A DNA stretch of 64,000 nt from Octopus vulgaris (taxonomy: Eukaryota). The stretch covers positions 7,626,001 to 7,690,000 of the forward strand of contig OX597817.1 of NCBI GenBank assembly GCA_951406725.2, in the 5' to 3' direction. The stretch's first letter is position 1. Every line of letters starts with the position of its first letter. The notes under the pieces were generated by a model, which was not told the DNA's origin, did no database searches, and saw nothing but the letters and a program-made list of their open reading frames with translations. This document shows, piece after piece, positions 26,207 through 39,224 of this stretch. Made by a program: the position numbers and the translations under genes.

Positions 26207-26819
26207 TAGATTAAAAATGGTACTGGAGAAGTTTTCGTACCAGGCGACTGTATAGACATAGGGACGAAAGAAATTGAGTAAGGAAGAAAACAATTCAAGA
26301 CGATTTATAGGGTAATGTGAAATAGAATGAACAACAAATGCGACGATTTTATCTTCTTCACAGCCTTGTCCGTTGCAGGGTGCGTTGTAGGTGGATTCTG
26401 TAAAGTTAAGAAAGCAACAAGTCAGACAGAATATGAGTTTGCAATTTGGGAAGTGTGAACGATATCGTAGGCTGTGCTAACAAATATGCTACGAAAGGAG
26501 AAATATTTCGCCTGCTTGTGGAGTTTGCATTTTTTGTTGTGATGCGTCCAAATTGGTACAAGCTGTGTTTGATTGCCTCAGTGCGTTGTAAGCACTGATC
26601 TTCAATTTTAAAATTGCGTATGCGAGGGTGTGTATCGAACACGTTTAGAAGGAAAGTATAGGTCATTTCTATGTTTGTATGTGAGTGTATGGGGGGGGGT
26701 GTACGCAAGTAAATGACTTATTGGGCCATTGGATCTCTCTTTGGGATCAGCATATTCAATCAGGTTATTTATCTCAGAAATGCGATTGTAACATATAAAT
26801 GCATGTTGGAGTAAGTGAG

Positions 26820-26882
26820 TGTGTGTGTGTATGTGTGTCTGTGTGTCAGTGTGTGTGTCTGTGTGTCAGTGTGTGTGTGTGT

Positions 26883-26970
<88 letters not shown>
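26820..26970 (+). repeat. (TG)n microsatellite
   Basis: Direct reading. Confidence 0.9.
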
Positions 26971-26971
<1 letters not shown>

Positions 26972-27814
26972 TAGAGTCAGAAAAATTTAGAAGGAAAGAG
27001 AAAGATAGAAAAAAGCGAGCGTCCACGCGATACATAAAAGTCGATATGCCATGTACTTTATGTATATGTTACGCGTCGGATTATTTTTCTGTTTTCTCAT
27101 TATTTATTGATTTACAGTTGTGGATTGTTATTAGAATTTATCCACGTTTGAAGATATCAATATGTAGATTAAATTGTATATTCAGTAATTTCAACGAGCT
27201 TTGATCACAATCCAACCCAGAGTGTTATCAATCACGTCAGAGAGAATAATTTAGAATGGGGGAATTTTAGTCATTGAATTCTACTCTGTGTTGAGTTGTT
27301 CTTTACTCATATTTCCAACGGACACGGCTCTCTAGATTCCAACTATAGGCCCCATTTGGATTCAAATAATTCTATAGTACTTGGCATGCATGATACATCA
27401 ATACTATACAAGTAACTGAATACTGAAAATAAACTATGTAAATTGCTTCCATTAATAGGATGTAAAGAGATATGACATATTGATTTGAATGGCTACTTAA
27501 TTTGCCAAGGGACGACAGAAATTAATTGTTAACGTTGGCCTGTAGTGAAATAATATTTCATCGTACATAACGTAACTGTCATCCAACAATGGACGATTAT
27601 ACATATTTCTGAGCCGTAAAATATTTCAAGGGAGATAACTTTGTTAACGAACAATAAACTGGCTTATCAACCATTTTATGAAGTAACAAAAATGAAAGCT
27701 GAATTATCTTGTTCAATTACACATATTACTTTGAAATTAGATGAAAATACGTTACTTTTTCTATCCTTTTCTTAATGGATATCATCAGATGTATTTCGTT
27801 TCTCTCTCTCTCAC

Positions 27815-27855
<41 letters not shown>

Positions 27856-28312
27856 TTTCACTTTCTCTCTTTATATCTCTTTCTCTTTCGCTCTCTCTTT
27901 TTCTCCCTTTGTCGAGCCTGTTCCATTCAACACGCAGTAATAAATAGGAGAAAAGAGCTTTGAAATTTGTTTATTGTAAATGAAAAGTACTCAGTAATCC
28001 AACAAAACCGTTAATATAACTATGCTAGAATCCTATATTTGTGAGAAATAATTATTTTTTATGTTAATAATAATTTATGACTTCGGCAATGCGCCAACAT
28101 CAGAAGACTGTAAGAATGAATTGACCGCAGTGCTCGCTTAGTACTTGCTTTATAGAACTCACAGGGAATACAAAGAAAGTCAGCCTAAGTGAGATTTACC
28201 ACTCTACCATGCCTCCACCTTTCCGTATTAACAATGCTAATGATATACTTGAATATATATTGTCTCCATAAATATATTGCACAAGATAAAACCCATACCT
28301 AAAGTGAAGTTC

Positions 28313-28558
28313 GTGGAGGCGCGTGGCTTAGTGGTTAGGGTGTCAGCACCATGAGCGTAAGATTGTGGTTTCGATTCCTGAACCGGGCGACACCTTGTGC
28401 TCTTGAGCAAAACACTTAATTTCACGTTGCTTCACTCCACTCAGCTGGCAAAAATGAGTAACGCTGCAATGGACTGGCTGGGGAACACATACGCCATTTA
28501 AACCGGGAAGCCGGGCCCATGAGCCTGGTTAGGCTTTAAAAGAGCGCGGTTATTTTAT
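28313..28558 (+). mobile_element. tRNA-derived CORE-like SINE
   Basis: gtggaggcgcgtggcttagtggttagg...gtttcgattcc...cttgagcaaaacacttaatttcacg; TSD taaagtgRagttc. Confidence 0.88.
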
Positions 28559-28737
28559 TAAAGTGGAGTTCGTTCTTGTAAGCGTGATCTGAAGAGACAC
28601 GGAGCATAAATATGTACTTAAGTATATGGACGATGTATCCGTTGAAGTCTGTTTATTGATATGTTCCCTATACAAACCTAGTGGGTGGATAGGTGGATGG
28701 ATAGATTGTTACACAGACCGACAGACAGACAAACAGT

Positions 28738-28814
<77 letters not shown>

Positions 28815-28937
28815 TATGTCTATTAACACATCCATGTGGTTAAAAATGATGGTGCATGGTTATTTCGTTATCATAAGGTTGAGGTTGCTTTTAAAGAGTA
28901 AGTGTATATTACTGTTATCCCTAGCGGACGAGTATCC

Positions 28938-28982
28938 ACCACTGAGGATGACCACAAAGAGATCGAAACTGTACAGTCTAGT
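28938..28982 (+). ncRNA. Degenerate hammerhead ribozyme in a probable pseudo-LTR remnant
   Basis: acca CTGAGGA tgacc acaaaga gatc GAAA ctgtacag TC tagt: palindromic stem III, one mismatch each in stems I and II. Confidence 0.55.
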
Positions 28983-29227
28983 TATCTTGCGGCTGGAAGG
29001 TGGACGGATTCACTCCCCTGTTTGCGATATATACGTACATATATGTGTGGGGTGTGTATTAGGTGCTGATTGCATCGAATAACCAGCTGGAGGAGGCGTC
29101 CTCCCGGGGTTAGAAATAGCAGTAACGTCAGTGCCTACGGAACAGGCATGTTAAAGTGGCAATACACGTTACTTCTATATATTTATTGGTTTTTCTTTTA
29201 AGTGTTTTATTCCGTATACTCTGTATA

Positions 29228-29460
29228 CTCTCTTTACTCTTTTACTTGTTTCAGTCATTTGACTGTGGCCATGCTGGAGCACCGCCTTTAGTCGAGCAAA
29301 TCGACCCCAGGACTTATTCTTTGTAAGCCTAGTACTTATTCTATCGGTCACTTTTGCCGAACCGCTAGGTTACGGGGATGTAAACACACTAGCATCGGCC
29401 GTCAAGCGATGTTGGGTGGGACAAACACAGACACACAAACATATATACACACACACATAT
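29228..29460 (-). mobile_element. Microsatellite-carrying SINE, 3' half
   Basis: Reverse complement of the 55280-55500 tail. Confidence 0.8.
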
Positions 29461-29789
29461 ATATATATATATATACACAGTTTCATTTTTTTTTTTCATT
29501 CACTTGCTTATCTTAAAGTAGATGTACTTATTCATATATATGTATTTACCTTCATTTGATTTCTTGGATTACGTATTCAAGTAAACCCAATCGAAATACA
29601 TTTTTGTTTTCAGAAACACATTAATGTCCATATATAGACATGTGTTAATGCGCGCGCGCATATGTGTGTATGTTTGTTATTTGATGATTTTGATCATTTT
29701 CAAGAAAATAACAAAGAACTAGTGCTACATTTGAGTCAACCAGATGACGCAAATATGCGTGTGTGCATATATCTATTACTTTTTTTTTA

Positions 29790-30205
29790 CCTCTTACTTG
29801 TTTCAGTCATTAAACTGGGAACATGCTAAAGAATATTTAGTCAAATGACTCGGTCCCATTACTTTTGTTTTATTAAGCTTGGTACTTATTCTACCGGTCT
29901 CTTTGCCGAAACCGTTATGCTACGGAGACGTAAGTAAAGACACGGGCACCGGTTGTCAAGCAGTGGTGGTGGACAAACACAGGCAAAAAAATAAAAACAA
30001 ACACAAAGACATTCACACACACATATAAATATATATGCAGCGGGCTTCTTTCAGTTTCCGTCTACCAAATCCACTCACAAGGCTTTGGTCAACACGAAGC
30101 TATAGAAGAAGACATACTTGACCAAGGTTCCACGTAGTGGGATTGAACCTGGAACTATGGTGGTTAGGAGGCAGACTTCTTACCCCACAACCACGACTTC
30201 GCCTG
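29790..30205 (-). mobile_element. Microsatellite-carrying SINE, diverged full copy
   Basis: Head and tail are homologous to 55057-55500. Confidence 0.7.
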
Positions 30206-30424
30206 CGTAAAATATATTATTTTGAGTTAACTAGGACTTTACGATTCGCCTTATGTATTTATTCAACCTAATTATAATCGCATATTCGTGGGGCTTCCAC
30301 TCTGCTTTAAAAAGCTGCGACAGAAACCACTAAAACGCTTTCCCGTGAAGTTATGTCAATTTTGGAATCATGTGTTTATGCTGTGGACATCTTAACCACA
30401 CGGCCAGGCCAATATAGATATCTT

Positions 30425-30723
30425 ATTTTTATTTATTTATGCGCCCTTTTCAAGCCTAGCCAGGCTCATGGACCCGGTTTCCCGGTTTCTGTGGTGTATG
30501 CGTTCCCCCCAGCTGGACGGGACGCCAATCCATCGCAGCGTTACTCAAGAAACGGGAAGAGTGAGAGAAATTTGGGGCGAAAGAGTACAAAAGTGGTCGC
30601 CACGAATCCCTGCCGGAGCCTTTAGGTGTTTTCGCTCAATAAACACACACAACACCCGGAATCGAAACCACGATCCTCCGACCGCGAGTCCGCTGCCATG
30701 ACCACTGGGCCATTGCGCCTCCA
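30425..30723 (-). mobile_element. Chimeric tRNA-SINE
   Basis: Head and body match 47775-47935; tail matches the 16328-16574 family. Confidence 0.75.
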
Positions 30724-31013
30724 AAATATAGATACCTATATGAATGAAATTCTTATGGCCTAACGCAGGGAGTTCTATACATTTTAGTCTTACCTTTACA
30801 CACCTAAATACACAACACTCATGCACACATATCCAGTATGTGTGCGTGTGTGTGTCTGTGTGTGTGCGTGTGTGTGTGTGTGTAGGCGTGAGAGAGAAAG
30901 AACATTTTCATAAACAAACATTGAAGAGCCGAGAAATGACAGAGTACATTTCTAAAATACCATATATGTGTACGTATCTACGTGTGTATGTGTGTGTGCG
31001 TGTGTGTATACAT

Positions 31014-31066
<53 letters not shown>

Positions 31067-31195
31067 TAAAAAGAATTCCAACCTTGTCTGATTTTCACGT
31101 TTTATTTACAGTCTTATAATGATATATTATAAGATAATATATTATAATTGAATAAAATAAAATGAAATAGTAGAATGTTAAATATTCATTCTGAT

Positions 31196-31240
31196 TGAAC
31201 TAGTACTTTCATGCATTGAATTCTGCAATCTTCGGGTTCA
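31196..31240 (-). ncRNA. Minimal type I hammerhead ribozyme of the Penelope pseudo-LTR
   Basis: tgaac CCGAAGA ttgca gaattcaa tgcat GAAA gtac TA gttca: stem I tgaac/gttca, palindromic stem III, U4C change. Confidence 0.65.
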
Positions 31241-31734
31241 TGTAGTAGTGTTGACAGTCATGCTTCACAATTTTTGACTGTAGCAAGATGAGTGATTCTG
31301 TGCTATAAATACAGCTGGGTAGGCTCCAGAGTGCTAGGTTTTGCAAACTGTATTCTGACCAATCAGTGTGTAGTATCACTCAATTACTTAAGCTGATTGG
31401 TTGGTTGAGCTGATTGGTTTAGGCATCACGCTTTGTTGGACAGGTCAAGAGTCCTGTATCTTGACCCTGGCCGAAGCAGCAATTGTTGGGTTATTTTTAG
31501 AAATGTTGTAAATATCCTTTGTCAGAGATTTTTATATTTTTATATTTCAATTGTCATCAACATCATTGTCAGCACCTTAATTATTGTTGCTAGTGGTGAT
31601 GGTGGTGGCAATAGAACTTTTAACCCTAAATAAGATAATTTTCCTGCTATCTTCGTCTTGATCACCTTTAGTATTGTTGTTGTTGTTAGTGGTCATGGTC
31701 GTAGCAGTGGAAGTAATCCCTCTAAGTATTATTA

Positions 31735-33972
31735 TTATTGCTTATTTAGCTTGGGTTCGAATTTATCAATAAAATTCTTTTCTCTGATTTTCCTCTCGAT
31801 TTCACTTGGGCTGTGTAATTTGTAGAATGGAAATATTATATATATTTTCCGACCACATGTTGCTAGGTGGTTACTCAAAGGTATCTGACGGACCTCTGGG
31901 TCTCTAATCTGTTGCCGGTGTACACGTGAGCGTTCTAATAGTGCGTTTCCCGTCTGACCTACATATATTTCTTCACAATTTGGGCATTTGATGCAGTAAA
32001 TTAAATTTCTGCTTTTGCAGTTCATATTCGCGTTTGTGAATATTTTCCCGGTTTTTGTGTTTATATATTGACCGGTATGTATGAATTGGCATGTGCCACA
32101 TCGGCTATCATTGCATTTAGATACCGTGAATGTTTGGTCTTTGTTGCTGAGGTCAAATTTTGCCTTTGTTAGTAATGTTTTCAAGTTTTTAGGCTGTCTT
32201 TTACTAAGCACCATAGCTCGATCCTTGATTATGTCTTTTAATTCATTACTTTGGGCAATGATTGGTAGGTTTGCTTTGGCAATGTTGAAGATATTCTGGT
32301 GACATGGGTTGTGTGTCACTATGAATGGTATGACTTGTTCTTGTTTTCCTCTTCCTTGGGTTGTCCTAAGTTGTTGTATAGGTATTTTTATAGCCCGCTG
32401 TATGCCATTTTCTATAAGTAGAGATGGGTATTTTTGTTTGAGCAAAAATTCTCTTAGTTCTATTAGGCGTTTGTTCCTGATATTTGCATCTTCTACAATA
32501 GTACAAATTCTTCTGGCTAGGCAGTATGGGATGTTACGTTTTGTATGTGGTGGATGGCACGACTTAAAATTTAGGTATTGATGTGTGTCTGTGTGTTTAT
32601 AGTATATATCTGTGGTGATGGTGGTGTCTTTTTTAATTACCATTATATCCAGGAATGGTAATTTGGTACTACTCATCTCCTTTGTAAATTTGAGAGATGG
32701 GTGTAGGTTGTTCAGGAGGATATTGAACTCTTCCAGAGTATTTAGAGATTCTGTCCAGATTATGAAACAGTCGTCTAGGTATCTCTTCCATGCCTTTTCA
32801 ATATACTTTCTAAATCCAGTGCCATAGTTTACCTCCACCTCTTGGTAGAGTTGTTCTTCTAAGTATCACATTACAGAGTTGGCGTAAACGGGAGCAAACC
32901 TCGTTCCCATCGCCGTGCCTCTAATTTGGATGTAATTCTTTCCATTGAAGAAGAATGTGTTATTTTCTAGAATAAGTTTGACTGTGTCTAATATAAAAGG
33001 CACTGTGAATCTGCTGGGAATCACTTCTCTATGTTTTTCTAACCAGTATTTAATCGCCTTTATTCCTAAATCGTGTGGAATATTTGTGTAGAGGCTTACC
33101 ACATCAAAACTTAGCAAAACTGAATTTGTTTCTGTTGTTTTGGGAAGATGGGACAGGAAGTCGATGTCATCCCTGATGAAACTTGGTATGTAAGTACATA
33201 GTGGTTTCAAAACAATGTCAATAAAATTGCTTAGACGGTGTGTAGGGCATGCTGGACCAGCTATAATAGGTCTAAGTTTTAGGTCTTTTGGATGTAATAA
33301 TTTTATGTACTCACTTTCTTGTTCTTTTACTGCCTGTTGAATGTTTTTTGATTTGTGTATTTTTGGTAAGCCGTAGAAGTTGCTGGGTTTTGGTTCAAAA
33401 TTGGTGATGTAATCTTTTTCATTATCCGTAAGTGAGTTGTGGTGTGTTGAAATCAGGTTGTTGATCTTTTTCATGATGTGGTGGTCTATATTTGCGGGTA
33501 TTTCACAATAGAAGGTTGTATCCTTCAGTTGGTCTTCAACCAAATCCTTATAGTATTCGGTATTCATAATAACAATTGCACCACCTTTATCTGCTTGTTT
33601 AATTATTATTGTTTGATCGTTTTGTATACGTTTACGTGCAGACATCTCTGATTTGCTAATGTTTGGCCTAACATTGGTATTGCGTCTAAGGGGAAATTTA
33701 GACAGGATATCAATGTATTGGTCAAGGTAGTTATTTCTTCCTTTTGGTGGGGTGAAATTTGATTTATTCCTTACTAGGGATTCATCAATCTCATTACTTT
33801 TGTTAGCGAAGAATTCTACAAGTCGTAATTTTCGACAGAATTTTTGGATATCCTCCTTTAATTCTTGGTGGTTGGCTGTTGGTGTAGGTGTGAATTTCAG
33901 TCCTTTTGACAGAAGTTGGATTTCATCATTGTCAAGATCTCTTTTTGATAAATTAATTATTTTAGGATCTAT
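31735..33972 (-). pseudogene. Penelope-like RT / GIY-YIG endonuclease ORF, 5'-truncated, with one in-frame TGA
   Basis: N-terminal INLSKRDL..EIQLLSKGLKFTPTP; RT motifs FYGLPKIHK, RPII, FDVVSLYTNIP, GTAMGTRFAP, RYLDD, LPFLD; Cys-rich linker CNDSRCGTC; LIYCIKCPNCEEIYVGQTG. The ORFs 32866-33645 and 31735-32838 are in the same frame, split by TGA at 32866-32868. Confidence 0.92.
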
Positions 33973-34074
33973 ACGTTATAATATATCATTATAAGACTGT
34001 AAATAAAACGTGAAAATCAGACAAGGTTGGAATTCTCTTTATTAATATATTCTTCTATACACAATCACACACAC

Positions 34075-34110
<36 letters not shown>

Positions 34111-34149
34111 ATGTGTGTGTGTGTGTGTGTGTGTGCATACATACATATA

Positions 34150-34383
34150 TATTTCTTTACTACCCACACGGGGCTAAACACCGAGGGGACAAACAAGGAT
34201 AGACAAAGGGATTAAGTCGATTACATCAACCTCAGTGCGTAACTGGTACTTAATTTATCGACCCCCGAAAGGATGAAAGGCAAAGTCGACCTCGGCGGAA
34301 TTTGAACTCGGAACGTAACGGCAGACGAAATATGGCTACGCATTTCACTCGGTGTGCTAACGGTTCTGCCAGCTCACCGCCTT
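34150..34383 (-). mobile_element. Meta-domain SINE, full length
   Basis: Head aaggcggtgagctggcagaaccgttagc, B box, Meta core and tail. Confidence 0.85.
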
Positions 34384-35574
34384 CTATACATACATACATA
34401 TATGTGTGCGGAAGTGTGCGTGCGTGATATAAAAATTAGTATGTATTTTGCGATCAGCTTTTTTTTTTATATATATGTCCTATAAAGACTATGAGAAGAA
34501 ATAGAACGATGCGATTTTAAATAGTTTACTATCACCCATCATATTCGATATCCTTTTCCAACATTAGTTCACTTCTTTTATGCCTTTTCTGGGGTTGACA
34601 AAAGAACCAATATATTAGCAAAGACACTTTGACGAATGCAGGCTTTTTGGTTTAACCTGAACAACATTTCTCGCATAATTTCTATAATTCTATCTATTTC
34701 ATTTTTGGCAGGAAAAAATATTGTGTATGAGAGCTGTCAACAAACGAAATAAGATTATATAACACTTTAGATTTGTTGTAATTATATTATATATCATTTT
34801 GCGCTGTGTCGTTCTTTTTTTTATTCTAGGAAAGATTGTTTTTCTTTTCGTTGTATTCATTCCTTTTTCTAGCCCTGACAAAACAAGTGATTTGCATATA
34901 TATGTGTACGTGTAAAATAAACGTAAAGTTACTGCAGCTCCGTCGGTTCAGATGATGAATATTCTAGCGGTTCGATCAACTGAGCTGCATACTCATTGTA
35001 TTACCAGGCTTTAAAGAAAATAAGTGTATCCGACTGCATTCTAAATTTTCTTTCTATCCTATTTTATTTACAAGCCTAGAGTCGGCCCTAGAAATTTGAC
35101 TAAAATTCTACACTGTGGGATGGAACCGTGAGATGGAACCAGGCGTACAAATTCCTTAACGACCTGTTCGCAGCTTCCTCCAATAATATATATACTTATG
35201 CACACGCACACAAACATACGTTTATACCCTCATAAAGCAGAAGAGTAAATATGTCAATCCAGACAGACAAGCCTGGAGCAAGAAACAACGGTCGGCGATA
35301 ATTTGTGATTGAGATGATGTAGGCCTTGTACAAATTCAGCTTCACCGCTCGGAGATTGCTTCATATGTAGCTGAGTCTAGCCTAGTAGAATAGCGATGAA
35401 ATTCAAAGACATCAAAATGTACTCTATAGTAATTGTGATAATTGGCCTAGAATGTAGTGAGAAGTGAAAAAAGTAAAAATAAAACTGTTGTTGAAGAAAA
35501 TAATAATGTTATAAACATTATTAATTAAGACTCACGATGATGACAATAAAGAGGGTAGTAAAATGAATAATAAC

Positions 35575-35636
<62 letters not shown>

Positions 35637-35644
35637 TAATAATA

Positions 35645-35850
35645 ATCTTTTCTACAATAAGCACCGGGCCTGAAATTTGGGGGAGAGAGTAGTCGATTAC
35701 ATCGACCCCAGCACTCAACTGGTACTTAATTTTTCGACTCCGAAAGGATGAAAGACAAAGTTGACCTTGGCAGAACTTGAACTCAGATCCCAAAGATGGA
35801 CCAAATGTCATTCAGCATTTTATCCTGCGTGCTAACCATTCTGCCAGATT
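35645..35850 (-). mobile_element. Meta-domain SINE ending in (ATT)n
   Basis: Meta core; tail runs into the (AAT)n tract at 35570-35645. Confidence 0.7.
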
Positions 35851-35879
35851 TCTAGCTTAATATTTATTGCGATCCTGGG

Positions 35880-36720
35880 TCTGAAAATTTATGTTGTGCA
35901 GAGTAACAACTGAGGTGCCCAAAAAGTGACTGAAACGGGAGAATTCAAAGAGAAAAAAAAGAACAATAAAACGAACAAATGGAAAGAAATGGAACGATAT
36001 GGACAAGTCATGCAATAAACCGAGAATACCGGAAGTAAACATTGCTGGCTCTGGTTGATAGAGAGGAACAGGAAACGAAAGACAGAAACATTAATTATAG
36101 CACCAGAGAAACAAGCCCGTAGATCATATCTGATAAAGGCAACGATCGCCAAAACTCAGTCAGGCAGCAAACGTAGATTCTGTAGAAAAGGAGATGAAGT
36201 ATCAAACATCTTTTGAGGGAGTGCAGTATACTAGCACAAAAGAAACATAAGCGCAGACATGGCTGTGTAGGCAAAAGGGTGCATTTGGGATGATAGCTGA
36301 GAATATGGCTTCAAAACAACAGAAAAATGTACACGAGCCAGAATAGAAAATGAGAATCACAAACTCTTGTGGGATTTCCCCATAAAGACTAACCATATGA
36401 TTGAAGCAACTAAATCAGACATAATCATAGAGGACGAAATAAACAGAATAAGATCATAAATTGTTCATTTCCCTATGATACCAAAGAGAGTTTTACAAAT
36501 TTGAGAAATATCTGGATCTAGCTAAGGAGCTGAGGAGGGTGAGAAAAACCACGACAATAATTATTCCTGCAATAATTGGTGGACTCGGCACAACACTCAA
36601 AATGCTACCAACTAAAAGACTGAGGAATTGGAATTGAAATCTGCATCGTCGACCAACAAAAAAATAACATCCTATGTTCTCTAAGAATCCTAAGGAAGAT
36701 TCTTGAGATTTGAGGAGACT
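35880..36720 (+). mobile_element. Degenerate R4/Dong-like non-LTR retrotransposon, 3' part (zinc knuckle + restriction-like endonuclease)
   Basis: Remnants KRKTETLIIAPEKQA, RFCRKGDE..HLLRECSILAQKKHKRRH, ENENHKLLWDFPIKT, KSDIII; followed by (AAT)n. Confidence 0.7.
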
Positions 36721-36800
36721 TGTGAGCAAACATCCAAAATAAAATACCTACTAACTAAATTAGCATGCACTAACATAATAATAACAATAACATCAATAAC

Positions 36801-36835
<35 letters not shown>

Positions 36836-36967
36836 TAAATTTTCCAAGGGCTGAAATTTGCGGGGACGTGGCTCGTCGATTACACCGACCCAAATGATCA
36901 ACTGGCACTTATTTCAACCACCCAGAAGGGAAGAAAGACCAAGTCGCCCTTAATAATAATAATAATA

Positions 36968-37004
<37 letters not shown>

Positions 37005-37005
<1 letters not shown>

Positions 37006-37222
37006 AATCCTTCCTGCTGAAGGCACAAGGCTCGAAATTTGGGTTAGGGTTAGGGTTGATTACATTGACCCCGGTGTTTCAATGGTACTTATTTAATCGA
37101 CCCCGAAAGGATGAAATGCAAAGTCGACCTCGGCGGAATTTAAACTCAGAGCGTAGCGGCAGACGAAATACTGCTAAGCATTTCGCCCGACGTGCTAACG
37201 TTTCTGCCAGCTCGCCGCCTTC
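37005..37222 (-). mobile_element. Meta-domain SINE between (GAT)n and (AAT)n tracts
   Basis: Full head, Meta core and tail. Confidence 0.8.
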
Positions 37223-37233
37223 TTAATAATAAT

Positions 37234-37296
<63 letters not shown>

Positions 37297-38813
37297 TTCT
37301 TTCGTTGACCAGATAATCCCATATTGTTAGGTGAGGCCAGCTCAAAGGCGAAATACCAAACAAAAGAACAAGATACAGTGAAGGATTTACATCAAAGAAA
37401 TGAAGATAAAAATAAATATCTAAGCACGTTAATAAAAATATAATAATGATGATAATAATGTTATAGGCACAAGGCCATAAATTTGGTGGAAGCGATGAAG
37501 AAATCTGTTCCAGTACTTATCGCATTCGGAGAGATGATAGGTAAAAAGAGATGTTTGACTTGTTCTCAGAACGCGAAGTGCCAAAACAAATACTGCAAGA
37601 TGCTTCGTCCGACGCCCTAACGATTCTGCCATACAGAGAACACGAAGTGAAGAAGCTAAGATGGAGTGGATGAGTAATATGAAAAGAAGGGTCGAAAGAA
37701 GAGTCAGAGTAGTATATGAGGGAGCAGAAAGTAATGTGAGGGTGGGACAACGGTGAATGGTTTAGAAAGCGCCGTTGACATGACTGTGATGGGGGTAAAG
37801 AAAAAAACATAAAAACTTTTAAGTGGAGTAAGGATTTATACTGCACAAATAACTTCTAATGAGACATTTCGACCAGATAATGTTTGTTAAAAATGGTGAA
37901 TTGGATGCGATTGGTGTGTTACAGCCGTAGTGGTGTTAGTGAAGAGGAACAGATATTAATTTTTTTTTTTATCAAAACTATACGATGTTAATGAGTTTTA
38001 AAATATTGAAATCGTGGTTCGAAAAACCGATAAGAAATATATGATTTTCACTAATTAGAAAGAAAAATTAATAAGATTAGAAAATAAGGTGAACAAGTTA
38101 ACAAAATAAAATATTGGAGTTTTTGATAATAATAAATTCCAAATTAATTATAATGATGCAGGGGGAGTTTTAATATTTGTAATAATCACTAAGGCTATCG
38201 ACTATTGATGAAGGATGGGAAAGATAGAATTAAAGTGCTTGGGAAAATAAGTCATGGATACACGTAAAATTATACAAGAAAGAACACTTGGGAAAAGCGC
38301 AAAAACATGAAATAATGTGTAAAGACTTTTGAGGAAGGATGTGAAAATGGAAAATGAAAAATATACAGATATATTCATGTAAAGCCTTGTAATATTTCAA
38401 TTTATTTCAGTTCTGATTGAGCTGTAGTGGGTACGAGAGTGTAGGATGATTGGTTCCCATTTACAGGCAGGGTATAAATTCGATATATTTGTATCTATTA
38501 AAGATTTTATATTTGCAAAAAAAAAAAAAGCAAAGAAAACACTTTTCGGAAAGTCTCCGTCTCATTCTTTTCTCGTTTCCTCCTAATCCTCCTGACGCTA
38601 CAACCAGACTGATCCTCGTTCCTCTTTCTATCTGTTGCAATCTATATAGACATGGTATCAGAAGTTCTTACAAACTTTCTCTGATGAGTCGTAGCATCCT
38701 ACCACGTTGTAAGAAAACAATAAACTGAAATAAACATACAGCGTAACATTGAAGGGATTATTTTTCATTAACTAAACGAGAAATATATACACATACATGT
38801 ATGTATATATATG

Positions 38814-38867
<54 letters not shown>

Positions 38868-38869
<2 letters not shown>

Positions 38870-39150
38870 GAGGGAGATAAATTTAATATTAATTTAATTA
38901 ATATCAATTTAAAACCAGTAGCCTAGCATATAAAAAATCTGAAAAATCAGAGAAAATTTCAATACATGTGTATATTTAGGGCTAAAAACCACTATGTGGA
39001 CAGCCATATGCTAGAAAAAGATCACATACGATCTAACTACAAAGAAAGAATGTTCTCCAGTGAATTCTTTCTTTGTAGTTAGGTCGTATGTGATCATCTT
39101 CTAGCATATGGCTGTCCACATAGTGGTTTTTTAGCCCTAAATATACCCAT
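38868..39150. repeat. Fold-back element (about 82-bp inverted repeat, 12-nt loop) inserted in (TA)n
   Basis: Arms 38970-39051 and 39064-39146 are near-perfect reverse complements. Confidence 0.85.
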
Positions 39151-39152
39151 AT

Positions 39153-39224
<72 letters not shown>

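Larger units (their letters stand above)
31060..34050 (-). mobile_element. Penelope-like retroelement (probably Neptune-type) with inverted terminal copy
   Basis: RT + GIY-YIG reading frame; inverted repeat of about 70 bp at 31060-31132 / 33977-34049; hammerhead at 31196-31240; abuts a (TA)n tract. Confidence 0.92.

Noticed and set aside
32866-32868. In-frame TGA read as selenocysteine, as reported for some Naiad Penelope-like elements
   Set aside because: It falls at a position that is normally Gly (AN..MG), fits a GGA>TGA change, and the endonuclease here is C-terminal rather than N-terminal as in Naiads. I recognised no SECIS.
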